Shown here one piece after another: positions 11,437-24,573 of a stretch of 58,547 nucleotides of DNA. Source of the stretch: Paraglomus brasilianum (lineage: Eukaryota). Position 1 is the first letter of the stretch. Every line of letters begins with the position of its first letter. A program made the position numbers and the translations under genes. The notes under the pieces were generated by a model. That model was not told the DNA's origin and did not search any database. It worked only from the letters and a program-made list of their open reading frames with translations. The stretch covers positions 1-58,547 of the forward strand of contig CAJVPI010000084.1 in assembly GCA_910592345.1 (NCBI GenBank), read 5' to 3'.

Positions 11437-14400
11437 GCTGTTTAATGAATCTAGTATGGCGTTTGGTTACCAATTGTCAGCTGAAGGAGAAGGAGAGAGG
11501 GAGAGAGAAGGAGAGAAAAGGAGAGAAGGGTAGATGGAAGATGGGAAATCTGCTTTCGACGAAATGGGACGAGAGCTCGAAGTCTTAGCTACATGCGCTA
11601 TTTATGAATAATTTTTGCCCAGCCACCGCAATTAGATCATTGGACCTATAATAATGAATTATAATAAATTCTCAACTATTTTTAATACAGTCGTCCTTCA
11701 TGCCACCTGTGAGAACCATCGACATATTAATGGCTAACTTTATGTAACAAAGAAAAATGGGCAAATTTGAACATTGTTTACCAGCGAATAACTGGACGCA
11801 CCAACTGACCAAAAATAGCTCGAGCCCATCGAGCGCACAAAAGTAAAATTAACATGCTATTCTTAGTAAACTTTGCATCAAGCTGCATATATAGTTGTCC
11901 ACATTAAGTATAAACTAAAGAGAAACGTACTATACTTGGAAATAAGTCCGCGAACATTATTATGTTGCATGATTATTAGTAACAATCACACAGCAAAAAA
12001 TATATAAATACATTCTGATGAAATACATTACGGAATTTGGTTAGAAAAGTGCGAGATGAATGTTTGAATTGTTGCGGCCGAAATCGCAAATGAGTATTAT
12101 ATGTATATCTCGGGGATAAACATTGGTTGCTTATGGCCAGTATTGTATACTGGAAATAAACATACAAATCACTTTCAAACCACTTAACTACCGTGCTATA
12201 TTAAGCTTGTCATAACTGTGTGGTTGATCTTCCAGGTATCCAGGTATATTCGGCGGAAGAAATTTCCATCGCATCATAACACTCGGAGATGGGGTTAACT
12301 GTATTAGCAAATGGAAACAATATCTACTTATTCAGCCTTTGTAATATTTGCGACATTGTCTTTGAATGGGTGTTTGACAAGCGAAATATAAAGTTGTAAT
12401 TAATGTGTGCATACAACGTTGTATGCTGAGGCACGACAAAATGTTGGTAAGCGGTTGAGTGTTACGTTGATGGCTGCCGTTGCTGGTAGTTTAGATATAT
12501 TTTACAGACGGTTCTTAAGCAATCTGATGTTTTATAAATCGTCTTATTGTGCGTAGATAAATATCACAAAATACCAGCCGAATGATGATAGTAAACATAA
12601 ACTTATTGTATACAGCACACACGTTACACATAAAATAGTATTTACCGTGTCCTCTCGTGAACAAGCATCCCAATAGTTTATTACACAGGGTCATCATTTC
12701 AAATACAACACACTTCTGGTTACTTAATTACAATTACTGTTGGACAACCTCCTAAAGTTTATTGTTTACATACAAGAGCTTGGCTGAAGAGAATATGTAA
12801 TGAAAAACGTTGATAAATGAAATGTTGCGCAAGAAGCCGAAAACAAACGTAGTATGGAATGCGTTCACCATGAAAAGCGTTTATTGATCGTACTAACCAA
12901 TTAGGGTTAGTTGTAGAACATCATCCCACTCGTTGACCGCCAATATTTTAGTGGCGGCTAGTATGTTTTAGGTAATTGTCTTGAAGATGTTTTCGGAGTA
13001 TGTATACATAAAATTGTTTATTTCGGCAGTATAAATTTATCTTTCTTTATAACATAAGGTACAGTTCCAGATTGTTCCAGATTGTTAATGTTGCCATAAA
13101 CTATACTGTGGGAATACCCTTGCGTTTATGAATCTCCACACATTCCGAATTACAATTGTTGTATAGCTTGGCGGTTTGCAAATATGCACGATTGAATGTT
13201 ACAGCAAAAATTCCGAATTTTTTTGTCCCACATTGTATGTGTACTGTATATGTTAGTTATCGATGAAGTCAATCTCAGCCCTCGAACGTGACAAGTCGAG
13301 CGTGTAAACTTTCAAACCACTTAACACCGCTCAGTACATTTTGTTGATTATGAAAGTAGATGTGGTGGAATTTTATACGAATAATGTGACCAGTCTACTT
13401 ACACATATACGTTGTACATAGTGTTTAATAAGTGAAATAAAGTCTGTGCGCGCGTACAAGGGAAAAGGTGGGTGCAGAAATAATAATAATAGAAATTTAC
13501 ATCTCGATTAAATATACATATGTACTGTATATCGCATCATGTTCACATAACGTTCTTTTAATGTAGTTCTTTATACTCTGAACTACATTGTTAATGATTC
13601 GTTTCCTGGCAATTATTGGTATAGTTGTGAATCACTAATTTCTATATCAATTAGCAATATCCGCTTCTTGTCCCGTGGATATTCTCATGGCATTACGATT
13701 GCATTTTTGATAGATTCCAACATATTAAAAGGTTAACTCGAGGCGAATAACCAAGCGTCTATACTAGGTCGTGAGTAGTAAAGCCTAGACTAAAGGCACT
13801 AACTGTCGCAGGAGAGCCACAGCTCCGTTTGAAAATAGCTAGGTCAGCGATTGATTGCGACATTGATAATAGAGATGCAAATTTGCTATATGGCATTATT
13901 TATCTCACAGCTCTGACCGAATATTGCAACTGGGCAGCACGTGAAGCTCTACTTTCTACAATTATTTTCTGATGGACGCGACCACAAATACCTGTGTTTC
14001 ATACCAAATATGGCAACATGTAAGGATAGAATGATAGTATTTACAAATATTGACCCCAATAACTTGCGTGTTGGTTTGAATCTAGCTATTTCCAAAAGAT
14101 TGGCAATAAGCATAAATCTGCAGATTCGTGCAACACATAGAAACCCAATCCCATAATCCCACTACTTAATTAAATCTCTCACAGTGTATTCCATTCGCTT
14201 GTTTTATTGAAAGTTGATTATCCTAACATATTTGCATCCCTTGACTTTGGAATGAAAGCTGGTCGTGAAAATGTTGGGTAGAGTGAAATTGATTTATGCT
14301 ACTTTTCCCAAGATCACGGTAGCAGTACGAGTGCTACGGATGACCCGTGAGGTAGCGACAGTTCCCTGGAAAAAAAAAAGTGTGTAGAACATTATAATTA

Positions 14401-14648
14401 TTCCCATTCAATACCTGCTTTCTCAATAATCATGCACTCCTTGCTGGTATGCAAGTCTCATATGATTTTTTACAAAAATCCACGAGGCAATTCCTAAAAT
14501 GTCGCATTAAATCTCCGATATTGTAATAACCTTGTTACTTGATATAGTCTAGTAGATCGATTATGGTAGCCATAAAAGTACCATAGACGAAAAGCGTGCG
14601 TATTTTCGTTGACTGTCCTCTCTCGACCGAGGCGACAGAACAAAAACG

Positions 14649-16613
14649 ATGGCTTTCGAGTGGAATTCGTATACAATTAGCTTTTATACTTTAATTGGAA
14701 TTGTTGCCTGGCAATGGTGGCGATGGAAGAGACGTGGACATTTAACAAATGGTATCAAGAGACTACCTGTGCCTGGTGGGAGAGGTTACCTTAATGGACA
14801 CGCTTGTGCGGTCGATAGGATATCTCGAGAAAAGTAAGACCTATTTTAATAGATAGATTGCAAACACGGGACATTTGTCGTAACTACTTTACAATTTATT
14901 TCACATCAGATTGATTGAATGGAGGACATCTCTTGGAGATATATACATGATCTATGTCAAATCACAACCATGCGTGGTTCTGGCAAGCGCGAAAGTGGTT
15001 GATGAATTGCTACAGAAAAGTATGGAACTTTTAATTGTGGAAAAAGGGGTCGGGATCACTAATTATGGAGGGATTTGTCGACATGCACTTACTTGGGTCA
15101 ATTCTATCATAATTGAAAGGAGCAACCAAGTACTCTTCAAGAAGACCGAATTGTTATATTTCGGATGTTATTGAACGAAGGAGAAATTACGCCACCTCAC
15201 CGTTTAATGCTTATTATCAGAAAATCAAATTAATAGGTAAATGATGGATACTCTATCTCCCACTTACCATTATTAATCAATTCATCTCTCCTATAACATG
15301 TGTATAAATTATTCCTTTTGCTTTTCCCTCCTACACAATGGCAATCCCGTCAGCCACACCTCTCCTAGTCAAGCACCCTTTACTTCCCTCAACGCTCGAC
15401 CCACATACAGTCAAACTCCTCAAATCTCTCTTTTCTCTCCGCGTGCCATGTGATCCAACCCCTCATTTACGCCTTTTTGCGATATCGTCTCTCCTCTCTC
15501 ATCTCTTTGGCATCTCTTCGCCAACCAGCGTCGACGATCGAACTCACCAACGCATAAGCAAGCTGATTAACGAATATATCAGATATTATGAAAAAATTGA
15601 AAATACAAGTAGGGCAGGGGTAGGATTACCTAATTTAAAAGGAAGCTTTGAGGATTGGAGATTGCGCTTTGGAATTCCAGGTAGCACGTATAAGGAGGCG
15701 ATAAGATTAAGAGATAAGTTGGAAGATATAGTGCTTAGATTAATTTACAAAATGAACAAGGAGAATGTGGAGAGGGATTGTTTGGCAAAAGAGTTGATGG
15801 GAAGAAGGGAGAAGGGTGAAGTCGATATTATGGACATTATACATACACTTGGATGCTTTATTGTTATAGGGGTGGTAAGTACAAGAAAAAAAGGAGCCTA
15901 TGTATTTAACCAATGTCATTTGTGAACTCGTCGGGTATTAATATTACAAGATTGATTTTTTTTATACCATCCAATCTATTATCATATATACTCTAAGTCC
16001 TCTCTTACACACTCGCTAACAGTTCTCATAACTCAGCTGGCCCAGACGCCATCTTTTCAGCCGATTCTAAGCACAGAACTATCCCTACCTCATCTTCCCA
16101 CACTTTCCGACAGACCATCACGTCATTTCACAACGTCATTTATAAAACAAACGCTACTACACCATCCTGCGTGGTTGCCCATTCCACCGAGATACGTGCA
16201 AGTCGATGATGAATATCGGGGATTCCATATACCGAAAGGTGCACTTGTATTGGTGGATGAGAGCGTTCGCGGTGGGTGGGACAAGGACAGGCCGGGTGAA
16301 ATGGAGAGAAACCTAGAGGTAGGGGATACAAACAGGTTTGAATTTGGATATGGAAAGAGAATGTGTCCTGCCGTTGAATTGGTAAGTTTAGATTGTGTGA
16401 TTCTATTAATTTGTTGTTGAAATGTTCTCTTACGTTATTCATTCTGTGTAGTCCGAATCATTGTTATTTCTCGCGTTCTCGAGGATAGTATGGTGCTATA
16501 AAATTGTCGATGGCGGGATAAAATCCAAGCAAGTAGGGAATGGCCGACCATCAGTTAGTTTTGCACCCAGGAGAGAAGGACTTGAGAGGCTATTATTCGA
16601 TGAATCATCATAA
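14649..16613 (+). CDS. Divergent cytochrome P450, ~483 aa; exons 14649-14833, 14910-15129, 15374-15874, 15998-16381, 16452-16613
   Basis: N-terminal TM anchor followed by LPVPGG, LGDIYMI, DDEYRGFHIPKG and haem motif FGYGKRMCPA. Exons join in frame; the exon 2/3 junction is the least certain. Confidence 0.85.
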
Positions 16614-17090
16614 TTTGTGGACTTTTTTTAATAGTGCATTTTAATTAAAGTATATATACGATTTGTAACACAAAGATGTGCGAACGCTAATAGCATAAGA
16701 CAGAAACGTACCCATGATATAATGTTGCGGTGTGCATGATTTCATCTCTAGTAAAAGTTTCGTTACTTTAACTGATCCATACAGTTGCCAACATTCTCTG
16801 TATTTTAATGACTTACTGAGTGCCACCTTCCTGCAAAACCACTAGAAAGTAGATGAAATTCACTTGGATCAGATCAAATCTTTCTACATTCACCGAATAG
16901 AATTTAAGTTGAACTATGCAGGATCAACTTTGAGTATTCAAATTAGTCTTTCCACAATTATATGTTTGTACGAATACTGTACATCACGTGGTTGTAACCG
17001 CCCGCACATAACCTGTTGTCATGACACGTTTTCGTATTACATTAAAAATTTAACCAAGATCGCAGATCGCATACTCTCCAGTCGTTCGAT

Positions 17091-19819
17091 ATGTCTCAAA
17101 ACCAGAACGATTCCTCCGCAAGGAGGCGATCAACGGGTGTGCCTAATCAAACAGACGGTGAGAATACGCGGCAGAATGGAGCACCAGAGGGGCAGCAGCA
17201 GCAGCAGCAACCCGAACAAGCGTTCGGAATTGCCAACATAGTTCAATTCTTGTTTCGTTGTATGATCATATACTATGTTTATCAATGGATGTTCAAAGGT
17301 ATACATATATTGTCTTTTGTTGTTCTGTTACAATATGGCTTGGGTACTGAATTACTTGTATCGCTTGTAAGGATCCAAAACTCCGGTGACAACCCCTCCA
17401 CCAGGATTCGTACCTGATACGGAAGGAATTAAACATTTTTCACAAATTACGCATGCTGCTCCATTATGGCAAAAAGATTCTAGCATGGTTAGTTTACATT
17501 TATCCGCCATTCGTCGTAATGACACGATGTTTAACACATGAATTGAATCCATCTACTACTATTGTAGGATCTTCGCGTTTACATCTCGGAAGATGAGGAA
17601 TTCATGAATTTCAATGATCCAAAGTTTCTCGTTTGGCATGTTAATAATATTCACCTGGGTGACTGGGATAACGAGAAAGAGACAGCATTAGAGTTGCAGA
17701 CATCAGCGGTGAGTCGTATTGACTAAGTAAGCAGCGATTGTGCATTTGTGAATTGGCGTCACGGTGCTGAATACTGCACACGTTTTGCATTTAGAATGTT
17801 AGACAAAATGGCACCTTGTATGCTCATATTTACCTTACTCTTAATCGAGCATCACCCAATCCGTTAGATCCGGGATTTCAACCTGACATGAGAGTGTATC
17901 AACGGAAATGTAAACGGTTAAATTTAAATTTCGTTGTATTTCCATGTTACACATTTCAATGCAACATCTTGGAATAACCTCAAGCTTGTCTATTTTGTAG
18001 TGTTAACAAGATATTTTCCCAAGCGTAAAGAGATTAAAACACGAAGGCTTTTAAGTGGTGGTGAATCGGAAGAAACGGAAGAGACGGAAGAGGACGACAC
18101 GGAGGTCTATGTCGTTGCGTTATATATCAGTCCTCATAGTTGGATTACATTTAATGACAAAATACTGATATTGCGTTTCCTTTCTTATAATCTTCTGATA
18201 AGGGTACTCCAATAATTTCCCATTGGCATCAAAATTTGACTATCAATGTTGTAACCGATTCAACGGTCATTCCTTACGCATCTATACCTCCCCACATCTC
18301 ATCATTGATACCGATGGAGAGTACCGGGATGACTGATCAGTCTGGGAGAACAGGGTATTATCTGCCTGTTGTATTGGCTAACGACTTTTGGTTACTGAGG
18401 GAACATATGATGCCAATTAACGAGACCGTAGAGTAAGCCGAAAGTACTTTTTTGTTTGCTTTACCAAAAGGCTTTAAAAATCGGCGTACATTAATACAAA
18501 TTTCTGCAATTTAGAACGCTTCCATTAAACATCAAATATTATCCAATCAGTTTTTTCAAATTTCAACTTTACGTTCAAATGGAAGAATCATTCCGTATAC
18601 AAGCTGGGTTCCTTGGCGGTGATGCACATGCTGAATTTGATGAAATCAAGAGAATGTTTTCGGAAACAAGTCCAATATTATTGGGGGTTACTATGATTGT
18701 GTCTATACTACACAGTTTGTTTGAGTTTTTGGCATTCAAGAATGGTCAGTTTATTATGTTTTACGTTTCTGTTTATTCTGAAACTTTATTAAAGAGTTGC
18801 TTTTGGTTTATAGATATCGCTCATTGGAAAGATATAAAGGAAATGACTGGTGTGTCAGTGCGCACTATATTTCTCAACATATTTTTCCAATTAGTTATCT
18901 TTCTGTACCTTATGGACAACAATCGAGATACAAGTTGGATGATTTTAATTGGACAGGGTATAGGATTAGCCATTGAAGTGTGGAAAGTCAAGAAAGCTGT
19001 AGACGTTGAGGTAAGCTTAATGGAATGAATCTACGAAGAATAATGAAAAACATTATTTTGTTCAGAGGCTAATATTCTATATATCGACTTTCATAGATTA
19101 AACCAGCACCTGACAAGTGGTATCGTTACTCGATACGACTCGTTGATAAGCACAAGTTGTCTGAGAGTGAAAAAAAGACAAAAGAATATGATCGACTTGC
19201 CTTTAAATATTTATCATGGGCGGCATATCCCCTACTGGTCGGGTATGCTATCTACAGTCTGTTATACAACACTCACAAGAGTTGGTATTCGTTCATATTG
19301 ACAACTCTTGTCGGATTCGTGTATGCATTCGGGTTTATAATGATGACACCTCAATTATTTATTAATTACAAACTGAAGAGTGTAAGTACATTTAATAGTG
19401 ACTTCTGCTTTATCATTGCTGCTTATAATTGCTGCTTTATCGTTGTTGCTTTATCGTTGTTGCTTTATCAATCATTGCAGCTTTATCGTTGTTGCTTTAT
19501 CATTATTGCAAATACGATTGTAAGACTATATCTCTTGTCTGATGAAATTTTATTTAATACATTACAGGTGGCTCACATGCCGTGGAAAACTCTCATGTAC
19601 AAAACATTGGGCACATTCGTTGATGATTTATTTGCCTTTTGTATTAAAATGCCAACGTTACATAGATTAGCATGTTTGAGAGACGATGTAGTCTTTTTCG
19701 TATACATATATCAAAGATGGACATACCCAGTGGATGAAACTAGAGCTAATGAGTATGGACAAGTGGGTGAAGAGTCTTCTGGTAACAATAAAATTACACC
19801 AGAAAAGAAGACTCAATAA
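17091..19819 (+). CDS. CLPTM1: CLPTM1-family membrane protein, ~10 exons
   Basis: FEFLAFKN|DI, GFIMMTPQLFINYKLKS|VAHMPW, FVDDLFAFCIKMPTLHRLACLRDDVVFFVYIYQRW and RANEYG; GT-AG introns throughout. Confidence 0.93.
19404..19510 (+). repeat. Degenerate tandem repeat (TGCTTTATC-RTTG units) inside the last CLPTM1 intron
   Basis: About 6-7 copies of TGCTTTATC or close variants. Confidence 0.7.
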
Positions 19820-20431
19820 TGAGTATATTACGATAGAGTAATTGAGCATAATAAACTAATTAGCGTGACATATTGCCAAATAGTTTCCCTTCATAGTTTA
19901 CAATTTTCAAACTTTCAACATTTTCAATACCAAAATAAAAGTTAAAAAATCAAATTACCTTTTGACTCGGCACATTAAAAACTCTTCCAATAATTTGACA
20001 AAGCATGCAAAGATTGCATGCAGAATGATTGATTTAACGCACTTGCACGTTCGCTATATTAATGTGATGAGAAATAGTTCTGACATAATGCTTTTTTGTT
20101 TTCATAGAGAAGAATGGGGTATTTTAGGAACGATTAATTAAATCCCTATTTGAGATACCATACAAACCGAATAAACAACAAATAACTATGTCAATATTAG
20201 CCTTACACGGCATGCAATTATGGTACATGATGAATTTATATTTACTATTATGATAATAAAACGCCAACATTTACTGAGGAAGGGATAAAAATGATCAAGG
20301 TTAAAGCTCCCTTTTTTTTACGTGTCATATTAAGTATCAGTTTTTGTTTTTTGCATTGAAATATTTCCTTGACACATTTCCTTTTTTTTTTCCTTTTTTT
20401 TTTTTTTAAACAGATACTTGTCATTAATTAT

Positions 20432-21988
20432 TCATGAGACATATCTCACTGGAGCTTTCATGCTTATTAAACACTTAAATAATAAACCTTGCTTAGATAT
20501 TTTCCATTTGCGCACCTCCAAACGACGAAGAGGGGGTAGAATTATTTGCGCAAATTCGTGGATCAAATCGTCGGCAACTGAATCATTACTATGAGTATAA
20601 CCGTCGATGGATGCTCGGAACGTCTGAAGATGCTTGCAACTTCGTAAGAGGGTGACTATCCCCGGTATCTGAGCTATGTTTTGAATGTCCATTTCTATTA
20701 TAACTAGATTGGGACATTCCGATATTATGGTATCGACAAAGTCGAGAAAGTAAGTTAAATGGACGTTTGTACGCAGTTCGCGGATCGTCTTTCCAGTGCG
20801 ACGCAAAATAGCGTTGACTTGTTGGGCAAGATTTATCCACTCTGCCGAGTCACCATTAGATGGATATATATCCAACAACACCAGTCTACTCAGTCGAGTG
20901 ATAGACGACGATGGAGATCCCAATGGAGCAAGTAACTCGCCAGTGACGCCACTTCTTGCGAATATAAGATTTTCCAACCTGGTACAATTCGCAAGAGCAG
21001 TCATTGGTGTACAATCGATGAAAGTACACCGATGAAATTCAGCATGTGTCAATGTCTTTTTGTGATGGGCAATGGCCTCGAATATCGATGTACCCACTAT
21101 GCGAATATTATTTAGCACTAATTCGTTGATTCCTTGTTGCGATCCAATTAAATCAACCAACGGTTGAAGTAGATATTGCGAACAAGAAGCAATTTTGAGT
21201 ATTTTAACGTTTGGGCTAAATTGAGAAATTGCCACGAGCATATCTTCGAACTCGTAGTCGGTCTCGTCGCCCTCTCCTTTGAATTCGAATTGTTCAATGT
21301 GAGAAAAGCACGACGGGATGGGTACGGGGTGGTGGGTGTTGGTTGCGGACGTGGATATCTCGAGGGATAGTATGCCTACTACCATGTCACACCATATTTT
21401 ACCTAGACGACGTGTGTCAATAGAGAGACGATATAATTTAGGAGACGAGTCCGAGAATAGAAAGAGTAGTTCTTGCGCTATGAGAATTTTTTGTATTTCG
21501 TCGTCATCGTCGTCAATGTCGGATAAATAGTCGATAAAACCGTCTTCTGGCGCTGCCTGTTGTGATATCGTATATGATATATTGTCGGTTGTATCGAATT
21601 GAGTTGCCTGCGCAAGTCTTTTATTAGCGATCCATTTAGTTATTTCGTCATAGAATTCATCCATATCTAATACTCGTAAATATGATGCATAGTTGAAGAT
21701 TGGTAAAATCGAGGATTCGAGTCCAGTAGGGACGTTATTTAATCTCAATCGAGCTTTTGCAGATTCAGAGAGAAAGGGCAAGTAAGCATCGATGGGCATG
21801 TTTTTTTTGATCGTAGATGGAGCTGATCGATCTTTACTCGTCAAACAGAATGGGTTCTTCCATAGAAAAGGAGTAGCAGCAATACACCATTCTCTGCTTA
21901 CTCTTATGCACGAGTATATTGACGATTTATTGGTTTCTAATTCTGCAAAGATGCAAGTAAGGCATTCTGTCGGCAGGAGAAAAGGCAT
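20432..21988 (-). CDS. F-box / RNI-like LRR protein, 518 aa, single exon
   Basis: F-box LPTECLTCIF...SCIRVSREWC...LWKNPF and FNYASYLRVLD, then LRR-like LxxLxL repeats. This architecture is typical of expanded glomeromycete families. Confidence 0.9.
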   Translation of the reverse strand: MPFLLPTECLTCIFAELETNKSSIYSCIRVSREWCIAATPFLWKNPFCLTSKDRSAPSTIKKNMPIDAYLPFLSESAKARLRLNNVPTGLESSILPIFNYASYLRVLDMDEFYDEITKWIANKRLAQATQFDTTDNISYTISQQAAPEDGFIDYLSDIDDDDDEIQKILIAQELLFLFSDSSPKLYRLSIDTRRLGKIWCDMVVGILSLEISTSATNTHHPVPIPSCFSHIEQFEFKGEGDETDYEFEDMLVAISQFSPNVKILKIASCSQYLLQPLVDLIGSQQGINELVLNNIRIVGTSIFEAIAHHKKTLTHAEFHRCTFIDCTPMTALANCTRLENLIFARSGVTGELLAPLGSPSSSITRLSRLVLLDIYPSNGDSAEWINLAQQVNAILRRTGKTIRELRTNVHLTYFLDFVDTIISECPNLVIIEMDIQNIAQIPGIVTLLRSCKHLQTFRASIDGYTHSNDSVADDLIHEFAQIILPPLRRLEVRKWKISKQGLLFKCLISMKAPVRYVS

Positions 21989-24490
21989 GATGGTGGTGAT
22001 TCGAGTATGTTGATTTTGTTAGCGTTCTAGGTTTAAATGAATGAAGTTTAATCTAGAGTATTGTAGACAGAAAAAGAGCGAATTAAGTTAATATTGAATA
22101 TATATATGTGTAAAACGGTAAAGCAAAGAAAATTAAATCAAAAACGACGACAAGTTATGAAGACAAGAACAAACATGCTACATACAATGACATACAATGA
22201 CAGTGGCTACTACGTGTGTCTCGTTCTCCTGCATGTAATTTGACTGGTTCGGTCAATATTACTGGTGTCTCGGCTGTGTGGATAGAGGTTGACGATCTCA
22301 TATAATATGGCTAAGACTTATTATTATATATGTAGATAAGTATATTTGAGATGGGTTTTTTATCCGATAGAAAAAGGTTAACACGCTCTGATATTTATCA
22401 TCTATTTTATAATCAATTAATATCTTTTTATTCCGATATTCTTTTATTCTGATATTCCGTGTTGCGGATCGTTTTTAGCAGACAGTTTGACCGCCGTCAA
22501 TTGGCCAAGCAAGTTTTGCCCTTTTTGGCGAATGTTTGTAACCATTTGTTTTCTTTTCATTAAACCATTTTTTTTAGTAGATTTTTTAATGTAATACATA
22601 CGCCCTATAAGACCATGTACGCTTTCTTTATGCTTACAATTCGTAAGATTTACGGATTGACACAGGTAGCTAATCAGACGTGCAGCTGATGTCATACAAG
22701 CGGTCATTGAAAAGGTCGTAAAATATACTGTTATTGTATCACCTAAACGATACGAAAAGAATACTTGCTTGAATACAGGATATCATACATACGCATACAT
22801 ACATAGATAATACATACACACATATGTGCGTACACATATTGCATATGTATGTAATAGGATTACAAAGAGCAATGCGCAGGGGCAGAGGGGGGAAGGGCAG
22901 AGTGCGAAGGCAAAGTGCGGAGGTAAATTGCGAAGGTAATACACAGGGAGTGCCGATCATACACTCATTGTTTATAAACATTACACTAATTGTATTATTA
23001 TCTATTTGATCTCAATCGTATTTATCATCGTTGTATAACGTTTATCAATTGAGATATTCAACATCCAAATTAAGCAGTTATTAACCTATCGGGACAGTGT
23101 AATATACACAGTCGACGAAATAACGTTCAGACGAAACCTATCTTGCATACGTTTCATTAAGGATTATGTGAGCAACAACGTTCGAGTAAGACAGGCCGCA
23201 TTTTTACCACTAAGATGATGTGCAATGGACAATCGAACAAAAACAAGGGAGAAACAAAATTACGATTGGAATGCGCAAAAACTGCCACGCTAACTATAAA
23301 AAGCAAGATGTATTGGCCAAGCCAAGTAATAAACATGACGCTAATTGCATATTAATGTTAATCAAATGTATTAATATCTTGTGGTGCTTGATGCAAAAAT
23401 CTTTAATTTTTGTTACTGACAAACAACCCGCAGGCGTACAAAGCTCTCGCTTGCACTGTCATTATTGGCAGGCTCAATGGCTAATAATAATAACAATAAC
23501 AATCGCCCATTTGCACGCTAAAATCGAGCAATTATCTCGATATGGAAAATCAACACACTAAATAGTTTAACATAACTGGCATACTTTTTCACAATCGGCC
23601 GTTAATTATATTAATTAGTGATAGTCCCAAATATCACGGTAACGGCTGATACGCTGCTTGGCAATAAGAGATAAATTAATTAATTTATGGCCTCTATGTT
23701 TTGTCAAAAAATAGAATAGGCGAGCCTACCACAGGAAGGTGCAAAACCAACAGTAATTATTTACCGATAGTTTTTAATAAGTACAGGCCAAGGTATGTAT
23801 GCATATAATGATACATAATGGCGAGAGAAATTCTCTCTGTGATTTTTTCTTGTTGGACAACATTAAATTACTTACTTTATAACTTTGATCCAATCTCCAG
23901 GTAAAACCAATTACAAGTATGACTAATGAAGGGCATACCAATCTGTGTGCATGTTTAAATGCTATCCGGCCACATCTAACGATAATTACTGTCAACTTTC
24001 CAATTATCCAACTCGGTTTCGGTGGTTATTATTGGTTTATTGGTATCAATGCATATTAATATCAACTTTACAATTTTTTTATTGCTTGCCGATTCAATGA
24101 CAGTTACATGACAGCACCGATACGTGTAACCTGTTATCTCCCTCCAATCACAATCTTTATCTAGGCATTAATACGCCCGCTATTCTTAACATCAATTTCA
24201 TTTGTGTCACAAAAGTAAAGCATACACTTAGACGTTATAATTAGCATTTACACCATAATATTTGCAATAGGAAAGCTGTGCGCACTGTTCCATTAATAGA
24301 TACAAGATCCAACAAATGCTATTAATACATAGCTATAGGCATGCATTGGTAATCTTGTCAGTCGCAACAACTCATTCCAGAATACCTAAAATTACAGCGC
24401 AAAGTACAGTAGATTACGTGCGTGCACTGCAAAGAGACGGGTTTTTTCTTTAATAAGAAATACATTCACAGTAGATCCGCATGGATATAT

Positions 24491-24573
24491 CTTAGTTCGG
24501 ATCCCAGTCATTCAGTCCAGAACTCGGTTGTCTTGGTCCAGAACTAAGACAGGCCCCCAACTGAGGTACAACA
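24491..24573 (-). mobile_element. Truncated, inverted copy of the 9964-10071 Ginger-like MITE
   Basis: Ends ...AGACAGGCCCCCAACTGAGGTACAACA, the reverse complement of the 9964 left TIR; contains AGTTCGGATCCCAGTCATTCAGTCCAGAACT. Confidence 0.7.

Noticed and set aside
20589..22013. Small ORFs overlapping the F-box gene; likewise those inside MRPS11, SGD1, the 7TM and SH3 genes
   Set aside because: Antisense or alternative-frame by-products of real CDSs.
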